DNA of 53,141 nucleotides from Anaerolineae bacterium (GCA_034433615.1 DAOUAJ010000135.1:1-53141); one strand, 5' to 3'. Numbered from the stretch's first letter, positions 1 to 9,028 are shown. The notes: a model not told the origin generated them from the letters alone. Numbers and translations: made by a program.

Positions 1-2
1 AC

Positions 3-728
3 TTCGAGGCGTACCCCTGGCCAAAGCCCGAGGACATTGATTACTTTAACCTGGAATTCGTCAGCCGGCATCTCCCCGAGGGGATGAAAATCATCTTCCT
101 GGGGCCAGGTGGAGTGTTGGAGAACATCATGTGGCTCATGGGTTATGCTCCCTTCGCCTTAGCCTTGAAGGACGACCCGGCGCTGGTGGAGGCAGTGGCT
201 CAAAAGGTTGGGGAGCTGTTGGTTACCATCTTCTCCACAGCCGCCGAGATGCCGAATGTGGGCGCGCTCTGGCTGGGCGATGACATGGGGTTTAAAACGG
301 GAACCATGATCGCGCCCGAGGACCTGCGACGATATGTGTTCCCCTGGCAGAAGAAGCTGTCCGAGATCGCCCACGCCCGCAATCTGCCTTTTCTCCTCCA
401 CTCCTGTGGCAACCTTCGCGAGATCATGGATGATCTAATTAACGACGTGAGGATTGACGCCAAACACTCGTTTGAGGATGTTATCCAGCCGGTAACAGAG
501 GCCAAGAGGATGTACGGGGATCGGATCGCCGTACTGGGCGGGATCGACGTGGATTTCCTCTGCCGCGCCAGCGAGGACGAGGTGCGCGCCTACACTCGCC
601 GTGTTATTGAGGAGTGCTTCCCCGGAGGGGGTTGGGCGCTGGGCACAGGCAACAGCGTGGCCAACTACATTCCCGTACGGAATTATCTGGCTATGCTGGA
701 TGAGGGACGAAAACGCGGCACATGCTGA
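3..728 (+). CDS. URO-D (uroporphyrinogen decarboxylase/MtaA-like) family protein, 5' end outside window
   Basis: The frame is open from base 3 (FEAYPWPKPEDIDYFNLEF...), so the Met at 84 is internal. The C-terminal half of a URO-D-like fold is recognisable (LLHSCGN, GGIDVDFL, GWALGTGNSV). Confidence 0.6.
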   Translation, partial: FEAYPWPKPEDIDYFNLEFVSRHLPEGMKIIFLGPGGVLENIMWLMGYAPFALALKDDPALVEAVAQKVGELLVTIFSTAAEMPNVGALWLGDDMGFKTGTMIAPEDLRRYVFPWQKKLSEIAHARNLPFLLHSCGNLREIMDDLINDVRIDAKHSFEDVIQPVTEAKRMYGDRIAVLGGIDVDFLCRASEDEVRAYTRRVIEECFPGGGWALGTGNSVANYIPVRNYLAMLDEGRKRGTC

Positions 729-804
729 GATCTGGGAGCAGGGGCCACGTAACGCGGTGAACGGAGACAAATCCCTCCGTTCATTCTATCTCTTGATCAG
801 GCCG

Positions 805-1791
805 TCACGCGAGCGCTGTCGGTTCTATCGGCTCCAGGGCAGGCGAGACCTCACGGTAGGTGATCGTCCACACGGTGGCATGGAACGCCTGATAAGCCCC
901 CTGAATGACTGCCAGCGGCAACAGGAACACCACTAACCCGATGGGGATGCCTACCAACGCAGCGGCCAGTGGTAGGCCGGTTGCCTTCATTACGAGCCAG
1001 GCTGGCCCGCCGGCGAAGATAAACGTCTGCAAGCCCAGGAACAGAATCACCGGCAACAGCAAAATCGCCCAGCCAATGGCGACGCCCCACATGAGCAACG
1101 CCATCAGGACGACATCCCTCAGTCGCCCCACCAGCAACGTGTAGCCATCGCGCAGGCTGGTCGCCCAATTTTGATCATCGAGCACGGCCCGGCGGGCGAC
1201 CAGTTGCCGCCAGACGCCGACAACCGCGCCGATGATAGCCAGGATCAGTAGCGCGATCAGCCCGAAACCGATCGCGAGCACGATGGCCACGACGCGGAGG
1301 CCGGAGCTGTCAACCAGCAGCAAGAGAAGGGGGGACAGGGCGAGGGTGATGATCAGCAGAGCGAAGAGGAAAAACGGGATACCGATCACCAGATCAATGC
1401 CAAACAGCCGCAGCGCCCGCTGATCCCACCCCAGCCTGAATCCTCGCCGCACCGTTACCGGGCGCTGACGGGTGATCTTCTCGTCAATCAAACGATATAA
1501 CCCCGTCTCCGCGATATACCGGATAAGGAGAGCAGGCGGTATCAGGACAAGGAGCAGGCACAGTGCGCCTACCAGCAAGACTTCCCAGTTAGGAGGGAGG
1601 AGTGGCCAATCGCCTCGGCCCGTGTGCCACTGGACCTGGCCCCCGCGGGGAAAGTTAAAGCCGCCCCCACCGGTCAGAAAGAGCAAAGCGCCAAACAACC
1701 AGAGTGCCTTCGATTGCCACGCCAGGCGCAAGGATCGGCGTAAGATGTCCAGTTGGATCAATTCTGCTTCGGTGGTGGCTGCAGCCGACAT
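805..1791 (-). CDS. Polytopic membrane protein, function unknown
   Basis: 328-aa ORF with about 7-8 long hydrophobic segments. I recognise no family motif. Confidence 0.6.
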   Translation of the reverse strand: MSAAATTEAELIQLDILRRSLRLAWQSKALWLFGALLFLTGGGGFNFPRGGQVQWHTGRGDWPLLPPNWEVLLVGALCLLLVLIPPALLIRYIAETGLYRLIDEKITRQRPVTVRRGFRLGWDQRALRLFGIDLVIGIPFFLFALLIITLALSPLLLLLVDSSGLRVVAIVLAIGFGLIALLILAIIGAVVGVWRQLVARRAVLDDQNWATSLRDGYTLLVGRLRDVVLMALLMWGVAIGWAILLLPVILFLGLQTFIFAGGPAWLVMKATGLPLAAALVGIPIGLVVFLLPLAVIQGAYQAFHATVWTITYREVSPALEPIEPTALA

Positions 1792-2023
1792 GTCAGGCTC
1801 TCATGCAAACGAACCGGCCAGTTCACTCCATAAAACGGTCTAGGCCGTCAGAGTATTCGGATGCTCCAGGATCTTTAGTTTAGACCAATCTGGCGGCAGC
1901 CTGGATTCGCTCTCCGGGAAGTTGAAGCGATCGTAGTAGTTGAAGGTGTGCATCTTGTTCGCTTCTTGGGCATGCCATAGGAAACACCTCACTTTACGAT
2001 CACGAATTTTAAGCCGCAACCTA

Positions 2024-2052
2024 TTGACAGGGGACGGTCAGCGTGTTAAACT
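2024..2052 (+). promoter_or_regulatory. Sigma70-like promoter with extended -10 (TTGACA-N17-TAAACT, with TGT immediately 5' of the -10)
   Basis: -35 TTGACA at 2024-2029, 17-nt spacer, TGn at 2044-2046, -10 TAAACT at 2047-2052. It points into a region with no credible plus-strand ORF. A weaker divergent promoter (TTGCGG-N17-TAAAGT) reads on the minus strand at 2019-1991. Confidence 0.45.
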
Positions 2053-2057
2053 ATTGG

Positions 2058-2227
2058 TGGAAGTGAGTCCCGAGCGATTGAACAGCAAAAGCACCGGCTG
2101 CGGTGAAGTCTGTGCGAGGACATGGTCAGGGCGATATCCTTGACCAGTGTCAGTTGGCCCTGAGGGGGTCCTGGATCGGCTGACCCGGCAGGAACGCTGG
2201 CCCAGTAGGTCGCTTGGGACCCTTCCA
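2058..2227 (+). ncRNA. Candidate structured small RNA, class unknown
   Basis: It starts about 6-8 nt after the -10 box. Segment 2058-2076 pairs with 2211-2227 (10 bp plus 6 bp around a small internal loop). An internal 13-bp hairpin spans 2119-2151 with one bulge. No ORF. Confidence 0.35.
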
Positions 2228-2362
2228 AGGACCCATAAAGGTCCTTGCCCACTTAAGAGATTTCTCGACTTGTAAAGGCGTCCCTCCAGCGGTTTTCTTT
2301 CTCCACTGGCCCTGGCTGTTCGCCCTCAAGTATTTCCGCATCGAATTGGCCTGACCCTGAGT

Positions 2363-2866
2363 TCATCGGGTCACCTTGGAGACGGCCGGCGTGCCACAGC
2401 GCTTGCAGAAGCGATCTTCCGCGGCGAGGGCCGCCCCACAACGAGCGCAAGAGCGTCCCTGGGCAGGGCGGCGCAGAGCCGCGATCTCCGCCTCGATCTG
2501 GGCCTCGAGGCTGGCAGGGGCGGCAGTCTTCTTGCGCCGTTTGCGGGCAACCTCGCGTTCAGGTTGTGCTCCCACATCTGCGATCGCCCCCAGCCGCCGG
2601 TCAATCTCCTTGAGAACCGCGATCGCCTCCGCCCGCAGTTGGGCATTCAGAGCCTGAAAATCTTCCTCCTCGATCTTGCCCACGGCGTGATCGAATTCCA
2701 GGTCTTTGATGGCAGTCAGGGCAACCTCGCGCCGCGCCAGGAGCTCCATTGACACCAGCTCCGGCTCTGGATCATTCATGAACCGCGCACGTCCCCCGCG
2801 CACGACTGGCCAGATGACGATGGCTACGGCAATCGCGGCCATCAGGATAGCGATGACAACGATCAT
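2363..2866 (-). CDS. Membrane-anchored coiled-coil protein with C-terminal zinc ribbon
   Basis: Start chosen at ATG 2866 (MIVVIAILMAAIAV..., an N-terminal TM helix), because the longer ORF overlaps the ccmF 3' end. The C-terminus carries CARCG...CKRCG. It lies 31 nt downstream of ccmF on the same strand. Confidence 0.6.
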   Translation of the reverse strand: MIVVIAILMAAIAVAIVIWPVVRGGRARFMNDPEPELVSMELLARREVALTAIKDLEFDHAVGKIEEEDFQALNAQLRAEAIAVLKEIDRRLGAIADVGAQPEREVARKRRKKTAAPASLEAQIEAEIAALRRPAQGRSCARCGAALAAEDRFCKRCGTPAVSKVTR

Positions 2867-2897
2867 GAGATCTGTTTCCTCATCAAGAGAGGTCAGG

Positions 2898-4910
2898 TCA
2901 AGCCGTGGGAGCCGTCCGCGCCGGCGCACGAGCCGTGACCAACGCGGGCTCCCAGCGATGCGGCCAGACGGCAATGATCGTCCCCAGCAACAGCACCAGC
3001 CCACCGATCCACAGCCAGACCATCAACGGATTAATGTAAACCTTAAATGACGCCCGCGCGCCCCCATCCTCCCAGCCGGCCAGGACCGCGTACACGTCCT
3101 CGCGCAGGCCAACGCGTATCCCCACCTCACTGGTAGGTTGCTCTGGCGTCTTGAAATAGAGATTCTTCTGCGGACGCAGCACACCCAGATATTTGCCATT
3201 CTGATAGATGTCCAGGTTGCCGTAAATCTCCTGATGATTGGCCACAACGCGCTGGCCCAGGCCACGGTAGGTCAGTGTATAATCCCCCACCGTCAGGCTT
3301 TCACCCACCGCCAGGTTGGCCTGTCCCTCTGACTGGTAGAAGGTGTTGCCGATAATGCCGACGGCCATCAGGACGACCCCCAGGTGGACGATGTAGCCGC
3401 CGTAACGACGCTGGTTGCGGCGGGCCAGGTTGCCCATGGCCCGCAGCCAACTCTCGCCCGTGGCCTTGCGGCGAGCACTGGCCCCCCGAACGAACTCCTG
3501 GGTGATCGTGGACACGATCAACACACACACCGCCAACCCCACCAGGGGCAACGGCTCCCGCACACCGAGGATGGCCAGGATCACCACGCCTGCGAGGGAA
3601 GCGACCGCCGGCCAGGTAAACTGGCGCCGAATGGTGTTCCAGGTGGAGATACGCCACCCTAACAACGGGCAGACCCCCATCAAGATAAGCAACCCCAGGA
3701 AGATCGGGCCATTCACCTTGTTGAAGAACGGTGCGCTCACCGAGATCTTGGTATTGCTCACCAGCTCTGTGACCATCGGGAAAAGGGTGCCCAGTAAGGT
3801 GGTGAACATGATGCCGATGAAGATCAAATTGTTGCCCAGGAATCCCGCCTCGCGGGAGAGCAGGCCGTCTAGCTCATTGTCGCCGCGCAGCAGGGGCAGC
3901 CGATCCCGCATAAGCGCCAGAAAGCCCAGGGTTGATGCGGCGATAAAGGCGAGGAACATCGGCCCAATGTTGGACAGAGCGAAGGCGTGCACCGACTCGA
4001 TGATGCCACTGCGGGTCAGGAAGGTGCCAACCAAAGTGAGCTCAAACGTCAGAAGGATGAGGACCATGTTCCAGGTCTTGAACATCCCGCGCCGTTCCTG
4101 GATCATGATCGAATGCAGGAAGGCGGTGCCCGTGAGCCACGGCAGAAACGAGGCGTTCTCTACAGGGTCCCACGCCCAATAGCCCCCCCAGCCCAGCTCA
4201 GCATAGGCCCACTGGGAGCCCATCAAGATGCCCACGGACAAGAACGCCCACGGGATGAGCGTCCAACGCCGGATGGTGCGCACCCAGGTGTTGCCCAACT
4301 GTCGGCTGGCCAGGGCTGCCACAGCAAACGCGAACGGAACCGTGAATCCCACAAATCCCAAATAGAGGCCAATGGGGTGTACCACCATCCAATAGTTCTG
4401 CAGGAGAGGATTGAGCCCTGATCCGTCCGACGGCACAAAGGGCAATCGTCGGAACGGGTTGGACGTGAAGAGCAGCAACGCCAGGAAGAAAGCGCTGGTC
4501 AGCAGCAATGTGGCGTGGACATAAGGCATCATCTGCCGATGCTGTCCATGAAAGCGGACCGTGACGGCAACCGAGTAGATGCTGAGGATGAGGGTCCAGA
4601 ACAGCAAGGAGCCCGCCTGTCCGCCCCAAAAACTGGAGAACTTGTAAAAGAGCGGTAGGGCACGTTCGGTGTGGGATGCGACGTATTCGACCTGAAAGTC
4701 GCCCGTCAGCAGCGCGTACCATAATGCAAGAGAGGCAATGATGACCAAACCGCAGACCACGAGTACGGCGTTGCGGCCGCTGGCGATCAGTTCAGATATG
4801 CAGCGCTGCTCGCCCGCGACAGACGCCACGATGCCGAACAATGCGATCACAAACGCCAACACCAACGCGATGTAGCCAATATCTGGTATCACGATCCACC
4901 ATCTCCTCAA
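2898..4910 (-). CDS. ccmF: Cytochrome c-type biogenesis protein CcmF (System I haem lyase)
   Basis: 670 aa, polytopic. The WWD-type motif WGGYWAWDPVENASFLPWL is typical of the CcmF/CcmC family, and the length fits CcmF. Confidence 0.9.
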   Translation of the reverse strand: MRRWWIVIPDIGYIALVLAFVIALFGIVASVAGEQRCISELIASGRNAVLVVCGLVIIASLALWYALLTGDFQVEYVASHTERALPLFYKFSSFWGGQAGSLLFWTLILSIYSVAVTVRFHGQHRQMMPYVHATLLLTSAFFLALLLFTSNPFRRLPFVPSDGSGLNPLLQNYWMVVHPIGLYLGFVGFTVPFAFAVAALASRQLGNTWVRTIRRWTLIPWAFLSVGILMGSQWAYAELGWGGYWAWDPVENASFLPWLTGTAFLHSIMIQERRGMFKTWNMVLILLTFELTLVGTFLTRSGIIESVHAFALSNIGPMFLAFIAASTLGFLALMRDRLPLLRGDNELDGLLSREAGFLGNNLIFIGIMFTTLLGTLFPMVTELVSNTKISVSAPFFNKVNGPIFLGLLILMGVCPLLGWRISTWNTIRRQFTWPAVASLAGVVILAILGVREPLPLVGLAVCVLIVSTITQEFVRGASARRKATGESWLRAMGNLARRNQRRYGGYIVHLGVVLMAVGIIGNTFYQSEGQANLAVGESLTVGDYTLTYRGLGQRVVANHQEIYGNLDIYQNGKYLGVLRPQKNLYFKTPEQPTSEVGIRVGLREDVYAVLAGWEDGGARASFKVYINPLMVWLWIGGLVLLLGTIIAVWPHRWEPALVTARAPARTAPTA

Positions 4911-5108
4911 CCTGTACTTAACACGTAACCGTCCGCTGGCTCCCGCTGGACCTTTCGGGTTGAGCCCCTCAGGGCGAAACCTTGGTCCAGCGGTACCAGG
5001 TCCGTCAAGATCCTGATCTTGCGCATGTTTCGCACTCTTCAGCGCCCACCGTCAGGACGGCAAGACTAAGGTCCGCCGCGAGCATGAGGTGAACGGTTGT
5101 CTGCGCTG

Positions 5109-5660
5109 CTACGGCATGATCTCCCGAATGCGGGCCTCCAACTCCTCCATGGTGGTAAAGGGCCCCTCTTTGAAGCTCTTGATCTCGCCGTTGGGGTCAA
5201 TGAAGAACGTCTCCGGCACACCTCGAATGAAGTAGCGGCGGGCGATCCGACTGCCCAGGTCCGGCCCGTTGGGGTACGTGATCTGGAATTCCTGGAGATA
5301 GGCGCGCGCCGCCGGCTCCTGGTCCAGGTAGTCCACCCCCACCATCATCAGCCCCTGCTCTCTGTAACGACGCCACGCGGTCTCCAACAACGGCGCTTCG
5401 TCCTTGCACGGATCGCACCAACTGGCCCAAAAGTTCAGAACCACCGGGTGACCCCGTAGCTCGGCCAGAGAGAGCTGTCCACCGTCGAACAGGGTCAGGG
5501 TGAAATCAGGCGCAGGGCCGCTTTTGGGCTGGCTGATGCCCTTCCGGATCACTCCATACGTCAGCAGGCCCAGGAAGGCAAGCATGACCACCAGGAACAG
5601 CCCCATCCCTGGGGTCAACCACCGTTGTACCCCTGTGTCTGTAGCAACGCTAGACTGCAT
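5109..5660 (-). CDS. ccmG: Thiol:disulfide oxidoreductase, CcmG/DsbE/ResA-like
   Basis: N-terminal TM anchor and thioredoxin fold with WASWCDPC. Start set at ATG 5660 to avoid overlap with ccmH. It sits between ccmH and ccmF. Confidence 0.8.
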   Translation of the reverse strand: MQSSVATDTGVQRWLTPGMGLFLVVMLAFLGLLTYGVIRKGISQPKSGPAPDFTLTLFDGGQLSLAELRGHPVVLNFWASWCDPCKDEAPLLETAWRRYREQGLMMVGVDYLDQEPAARAYLQEFQITYPNGPDLGSRIARRYFIRGVPETFFIDPNGEIKSFKEGPFTTMEELEARIREIMP

Positions 5661-5688
5661 GCTCTGTTCAGCTTTTTGCGTGATCGTC

Positions 5689-6198
5689 TCAGTCAAGGCG
5701 ATGTAACTCCTCTTCCAGCCGTCTGGTGTAATCGTTCTGGGGTTGAGAGGGATTCGGGCGAGATGCAGCAACGCGTGCCCGCAGCATCTGCCGGCGCAAT
5801 GACCAGCGGTGCCCCTGGTAGGCCAGCCAGCCAGCTCCTGCCGCCAACAGCACGAACGGGAGAATCCACGCCAGCAATGTGAATCCTTGCCGGGGTGGTT
5901 CGCCTAACACCTGAGGACCGTATTGCTGGATAAAGTAGGCTTTGATCTCTTCGGGAGTAGCGCCCTCGCTCAGCTTAAGGGCGATCACCTCCCGCATCTG
6001 TTCGCAGGCCTTTAGTTCACAGGTGTCAAGGCGAACACCCGCGCAGAGGGGGCACCAAAGATCGCGGGCAACAGCGTTCACCTCTTCTGGAGTGGGCGTT
6101 TGAGCCATAACGGCCGGCACTGCCCATCCTATGATGCTCAGCAAAATCAGCAAAGCCTGTATAGTCGCTGGCAACTTTCGAGTTCTCATATCGGTCAC
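5689..6198 (-). CDS. ccmH: Cytochrome c-type biogenesis protein CcmH/NrfF-like
   Basis: Signal peptide, LWCPLC (CcmH-type CxxC) and a C-terminal TM helix. The GTG start overlaps the upstream cyclase stop as GTGA at 6195-6198. Confidence 0.8.
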   Translation of the reverse strand: MTDMRTRKLPATIQALLILLSIIGWAVPAVMAQTPTPEEVNAVARDLWCPLCAGVRLDTCELKACEQMREVIALKLSEGATPEEIKAYFIQQYGPQVLGEPPRQGFTLLAWILPFVLLAAGAGWLAYQGHRWSLRRQMLRARVAASRPNPSQPQNDYTRRLEEELHRLD

Positions 6199-6899
6199 GA
6201 TCTCTCCTCAACTCTTTGGCCCGTCTCATCACTGTTCAACCGGAGGATATTGTAAGTATGCACGGGCTCTATGCGTCCTTTCACCGTGATCATACCCACC
6301 TCCTCAGCTACCACGATGTCTTTGACTTGCCGGTAAACCTCCTCGCTTACCAGGATCTGCCCGCTCTCAGCCATCTCTTGCAGACGTTTAGCTAATACAA
6401 CTGTATCACCGATGGCTGTATAGTTCATCAGTTCCTGGCTGCCGATGTTCCCCACCACTGCGTCGCCTGTGTGAATGCCAACGCTCACAGCAAGGCGTTG
6501 ATCTTTCGGCAGAACCGTGAGATTCTCCATGACGGTCCTTATCTCCAGCGCGGCTCGCACAGCGCGTGCGACGTGATCGGGCTGGAGCACTGGAGCATTG
6601 AAGAGGATCATCGCGCCGTCACCCATGAATTTGTCCAGTGTGCCCTCGTGAGCCAGAGCTGTCACAGCGATTGCAGACAGGTGACGATTCAAAATGTTAA
6701 TCAGTTCGTCGGGGGGAAAAGACTCGGCCAGAAGGGTGAAGTTCCGCAGGTCCACGAACAGGATGGTGATTTCTTGACGCGTGCCTCCCAGGCTGGGAAG
6801 CCCAGGTTCTTTCAGTAACCGCTCTGCCACTTGGTGAGGCATGTAATAGCGGACAAGGGCAGCCATCTTCGCATTGAGATCGTCCAGTTGCCTCTGCAA
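6195..6899 (-). CDS. Class III adenylate/guanylate cyclase catalytic domain (downstream frame of a split REC-cyclase gene)
   Basis: [16 protein letters not shown]...[11 protein letters not shown]...[16 protein letters not shown] are typical class III cyclase motifs. This frame is actually open up to 6976, immediately after a TAA at 6978-6980. Confidence 0.8.
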   Translation of the reverse strand: MQRQLDDLNAKMAALVRYYMPHQVAERLLKEPGLPSLGGTRQEITILFVDLRNFTLLAESFPPDELINILNRHLSAIAVTALAHEGTLDKFMGDGAMILFNAPVLQPDHVARAVRAALEIRTVMENLTVLPKDQRLAVSVGIHTGDAVVGNIGSQELMNYTAIGDTVVLAKRLQEMAESGQILVSEEVYRQVKDIVVAEEVGMITVKGRIEPVHTYNILRLNSDETGQRVEERS

Positions 6900-7291
6900 A
6901 TCGGCATTCTTACGACGTAACTGCGTCTTCTCAAGAACCTGCTTGATGCGGCCGCGCGCTTCTTTGAGGGGAAAGGTTTACTGACGTAGTCATCGGCGCC
7001 AGCTTGCATGCACTCAATGGTCACCCGCTCAGAGTTGAGCGCGCTCACCATGATGATGCCCGTCGAACTATCCTGCTCTCGGATTTGCCTCAGAACCCGC
7101 ATTCCATCAATATGCGGGATAATTATGTCCAGCAAGATCAAATCGGGCTGTTCTTGCCTATACAGAGCGAGCGCCTCTCTTCCGTCTTTTGCTTCAATGA
7201 CATGAAACCCATCCGCCTGGAGTACTCTGTGCACCAGGCGGAGCGTATCCGGTTCGTCATCCACAAGAAGCACCTTGGGGGGTTGCGTCAT
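6812..7291 (-). CDS. Response-regulator receiver domain (upstream frame of a split REC-cyclase gene)
   Basis: KVLLVDDEPD, LILLDIIIPHIDG (acceptor Asp), MVSA and DYVSKPF are all present. After KPF the frame reads Arg-rich nonsense, while the -1 frame continues as a normal linker into the cyclase. Confidence 0.8.
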   Translation of the reverse strand: MTQPPKVLLVDDEPDTLRLVHRVLQADGFHVIEAKDGREALALYRQEQPDLILLDIIIPHIDGMRVLRQIREQDSSTGIIMVSALNSERVTIECMQAGADDYVSKPFPSKKRAAASSRFLRRRSYVVRMPICRGNWTISMRRWLPLSAITCLTKWQSGY

Positions 7292-7594
7292 TTCCTTATC
7301 ACCCGGTGGCGAAGATCCGACAATCTAATCTCTAAAATCAATTATACCACACGCCTGAGCCCCCACAAAGATTGCTGTAGATTGGCTGGAAGTCTACCGG
7401 CCACTCTACAACCTCGCGATGCCCAATTGGCCTTCCTCCCCGATCGGCATATAATCGAGCCGCCAGCGTGATGCAATGGGCAGCCTTTAGGCCCAGGAAG
7501 GTCTGCAGGCCATCGCAAGACTTGGATAACTGCGAACATCCGTTATCATGGGGCACGAAAGTAAGACGAAGCGAGGACACCATCAGGAGGTGAT

Positions 7595-8536
7595 ATGTCC
7601 GCTCCATCCATTCACGCCGTCACCGGCGCGTTCGGCTATTCGGGCAAGTACATAGCGCGGCGCCTGCTGGCCCAGGATCGGCCGGTGATCACCCTCACCA
7701 ACTCGACCGATCGGGCCAACGAATTCGGCGGCCGGATACCGGCCTATCTGTTCCACTTCGACCAGCCCGACGAGCTAGCGCGCTCGCTGGAGGGGGTCGA
7801 GGTGCTCTACAACACCTATTGGGTGCGCTTCAATCACCGCCTCTTCCGCCACACGGATGCAGTGCGGAACACCCTGGTCCTCTTTGACGCAGCTCGCCGC
7901 GCCGGCGTGCGTCGGGTCGTGCACGTGAGCATCACCAACCCGTCTGAGGACTCGCCTCTGGAATACTTCAGCAGTAAGGCCAGGCTAGAGCGGACGTTGA
8001 TCGAGTCGGGCCTCTCGTATGCGATCCTGCGACCCACGGTGCTGTTCGGCAAGGAGGACATCCTCATCAACAACATTGCCTGGCTGCTGCGTCGCTTGCC
8101 GGTCTTCGGCGTCTTCGGGGATGGCAGCTACAAGCTGCAACCGATCTACGTAGACGATTTGGCCGCTTTGGCCGTAGAACAAGGCATGGCGCGGGAGAAT
8201 GTGATTATCAATGCCATCGGTCCCGAAACATTCACCTATCGGGAGCTGGTCGAGACCATCGGTCGGCTGATCGGCGCGCGGCGGCTGGTGATCTCTGTGC
8301 CGCCGGTCGTGGGCTACTGGGTCGGCCGCGTGGTCGGCGCGCTGACCGGCGACGTGATCATCACGCGCGAAGAGATCGCCGGGCTGATGGCGAATCTGCT
8401 CTACGTGGATGCGCCGCCAGCCGGCACAACCCGGCTGACGGAATGGGTCGCAGCTCACGCTGACACTCTGGGCCGGCGCTACACCAGCGAGTTGGCGCGG
8501 CGGCGGGATCGCGTGGCCGCATACCGGAGCAATTGA
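7595..8536 (+). CDS. NAD(P)H-binding atypical SDR (NmrA/NDUFA9-like)
   Basis: N-terminal Rossmann motif VTGAFGYSGKYIARRL, 313 aa, with the layout of the COG0702-type family. Confidence 0.75.
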   Translation: MSAPSIHAVTGAFGYSGKYIARRLLAQDRPVITLTNSTDRANEFGGRIPAYLFHFDQPDELARSLEGVEVLYNTYWVRFNHRLFRHTDAVRNTLVLFDAARRAGVRRVVHVSITNPSEDSPLEYFSSKARLERTLIESGLSYAILRPTVLFGKEDILINNIAWLLRRLPVFGVFGDGSYKLQPIYVDDLAALAVEQGMARENVIINAIGPETFTYRELVETIGRLIGARRLVISVPPVVGYWVGRVVGALTGDVIITREEIAGLMANLLYVDAPPAGTTRLTEWVAAHADTLGRRYTSELARRRDRVAAYRSN

Positions 8537-8609
8537 ACAACGGTCATAAGTCGAGAGGGTGGCACGAGTCAGGTGGTCGGGTCCGTCGGGCCACGGAAGC
8601 TTTGCTTGT

Positions 8610-8638
8610 TTGGCATTTCGCTGACCCTGGCGTATAAT
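8610..8638 (+). promoter_or_regulatory. Sigma70-like promoter (TTGGCA-N17-TATAAT)
   Basis: -35 at 8610-8615 and a perfect -10 at 8633-8638, 52 nt upstream of the FmdB-like start, which has a GGAGGTGAT SD. Confidence 0.5.
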
Positions 8639-8690
8639 AAATCCTTGTATAGCAAGCTATTGACGAAGATCCAGGGCGGAGGTGATGTAG

Positions 8691-8975
8691 ATGCCGATCT
8701 ATGAGTACGAATGCGAAGCCTGCGGCTTGCGGTTTGAACGCACACAGCGCTTCTCAGACGAGCCACTACGCTTTTGTCCCGATTGTGAGGGAACGGTTCA
8801 CCGGGTCATCCATCCGGTGGGGATTATCTTTAAGGGATCGGGCTTTTACGTGACGGATAGTCGGAGTAAGTCGTCCACACTGAGTCACAATGGGAAGACA
8901 AAAGAAGCGAGGGGGGCTGAGACGCAGATTGACACAGCCACACGAACTCAGGACGAAAATAAAGAGACAACTTGA
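8691..8975 (+). CDS. FmdB-family zinc-ribbon protein (CxxC-CxxC-SSSS type)
   Basis: MPIYEYECEACGLRFE...FCPDCEG...KGSGFYVTDSRS is the signature of this family. Confidence 0.85.
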   Translation: MPIYEYECEACGLRFERTQRFSDEPLRFCPDCEGTVHRVIHPVGIIFKGSGFYVTDSRSKSSTLSHNGKTKEARGAETQIDTATRTQDENKETT

Positions 8976-9003
8976 GAGTGCTGACTCCTCAATAGAAAAA
9001 CAA

Positions 9004-9028
9004 AACCCCATGGCATGGCCATGGGGTT
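9004..9028. terminator. Bidirectional hairpin between convergent genes
   Basis: AACCCCATGG / CCATGGGGTT form a perfect 10-bp stem with a 5-nt loop. An A-run lies 5' and a T-containing tail lies 3'. Confidence 0.55.

Noticed and set aside
1840-1978. Two overlapping small minus-strand ORFs between the divergent promoter and the membrane-protein gene: a 32-aa MACPRSEQ... (1880-1978, SD GAGGTG) and a 37-aa MHTFNYYDRFNFPESE... (1840-1953).
   Set aside because: They are too short to support from sequence alone. The predicted transcription start would clip the SD of the first, and the second has no SD. Ribo-seq or conservation data are needed.
2158-2200. Partial resemblance to a TPP (THI-box) riboswitch core (CTGAGG...CCTGGATCGGCTGACCCGGCAGGAA).
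   Set aside because: The GGGGUGC/ACCC pairing partners and the AACCUGAUC segment are missing or out of register. No plus-strand gene lies downstream to regulate.
2058-2227. Identification of the candidate RNA as 6S RNA.
   Set aside because: The length and closing helix fit. However, the interior folds into a side hairpin plus large unpaired or multibranched regions rather than the rod with a central bubble. It is left as class unknown pending cmscan.
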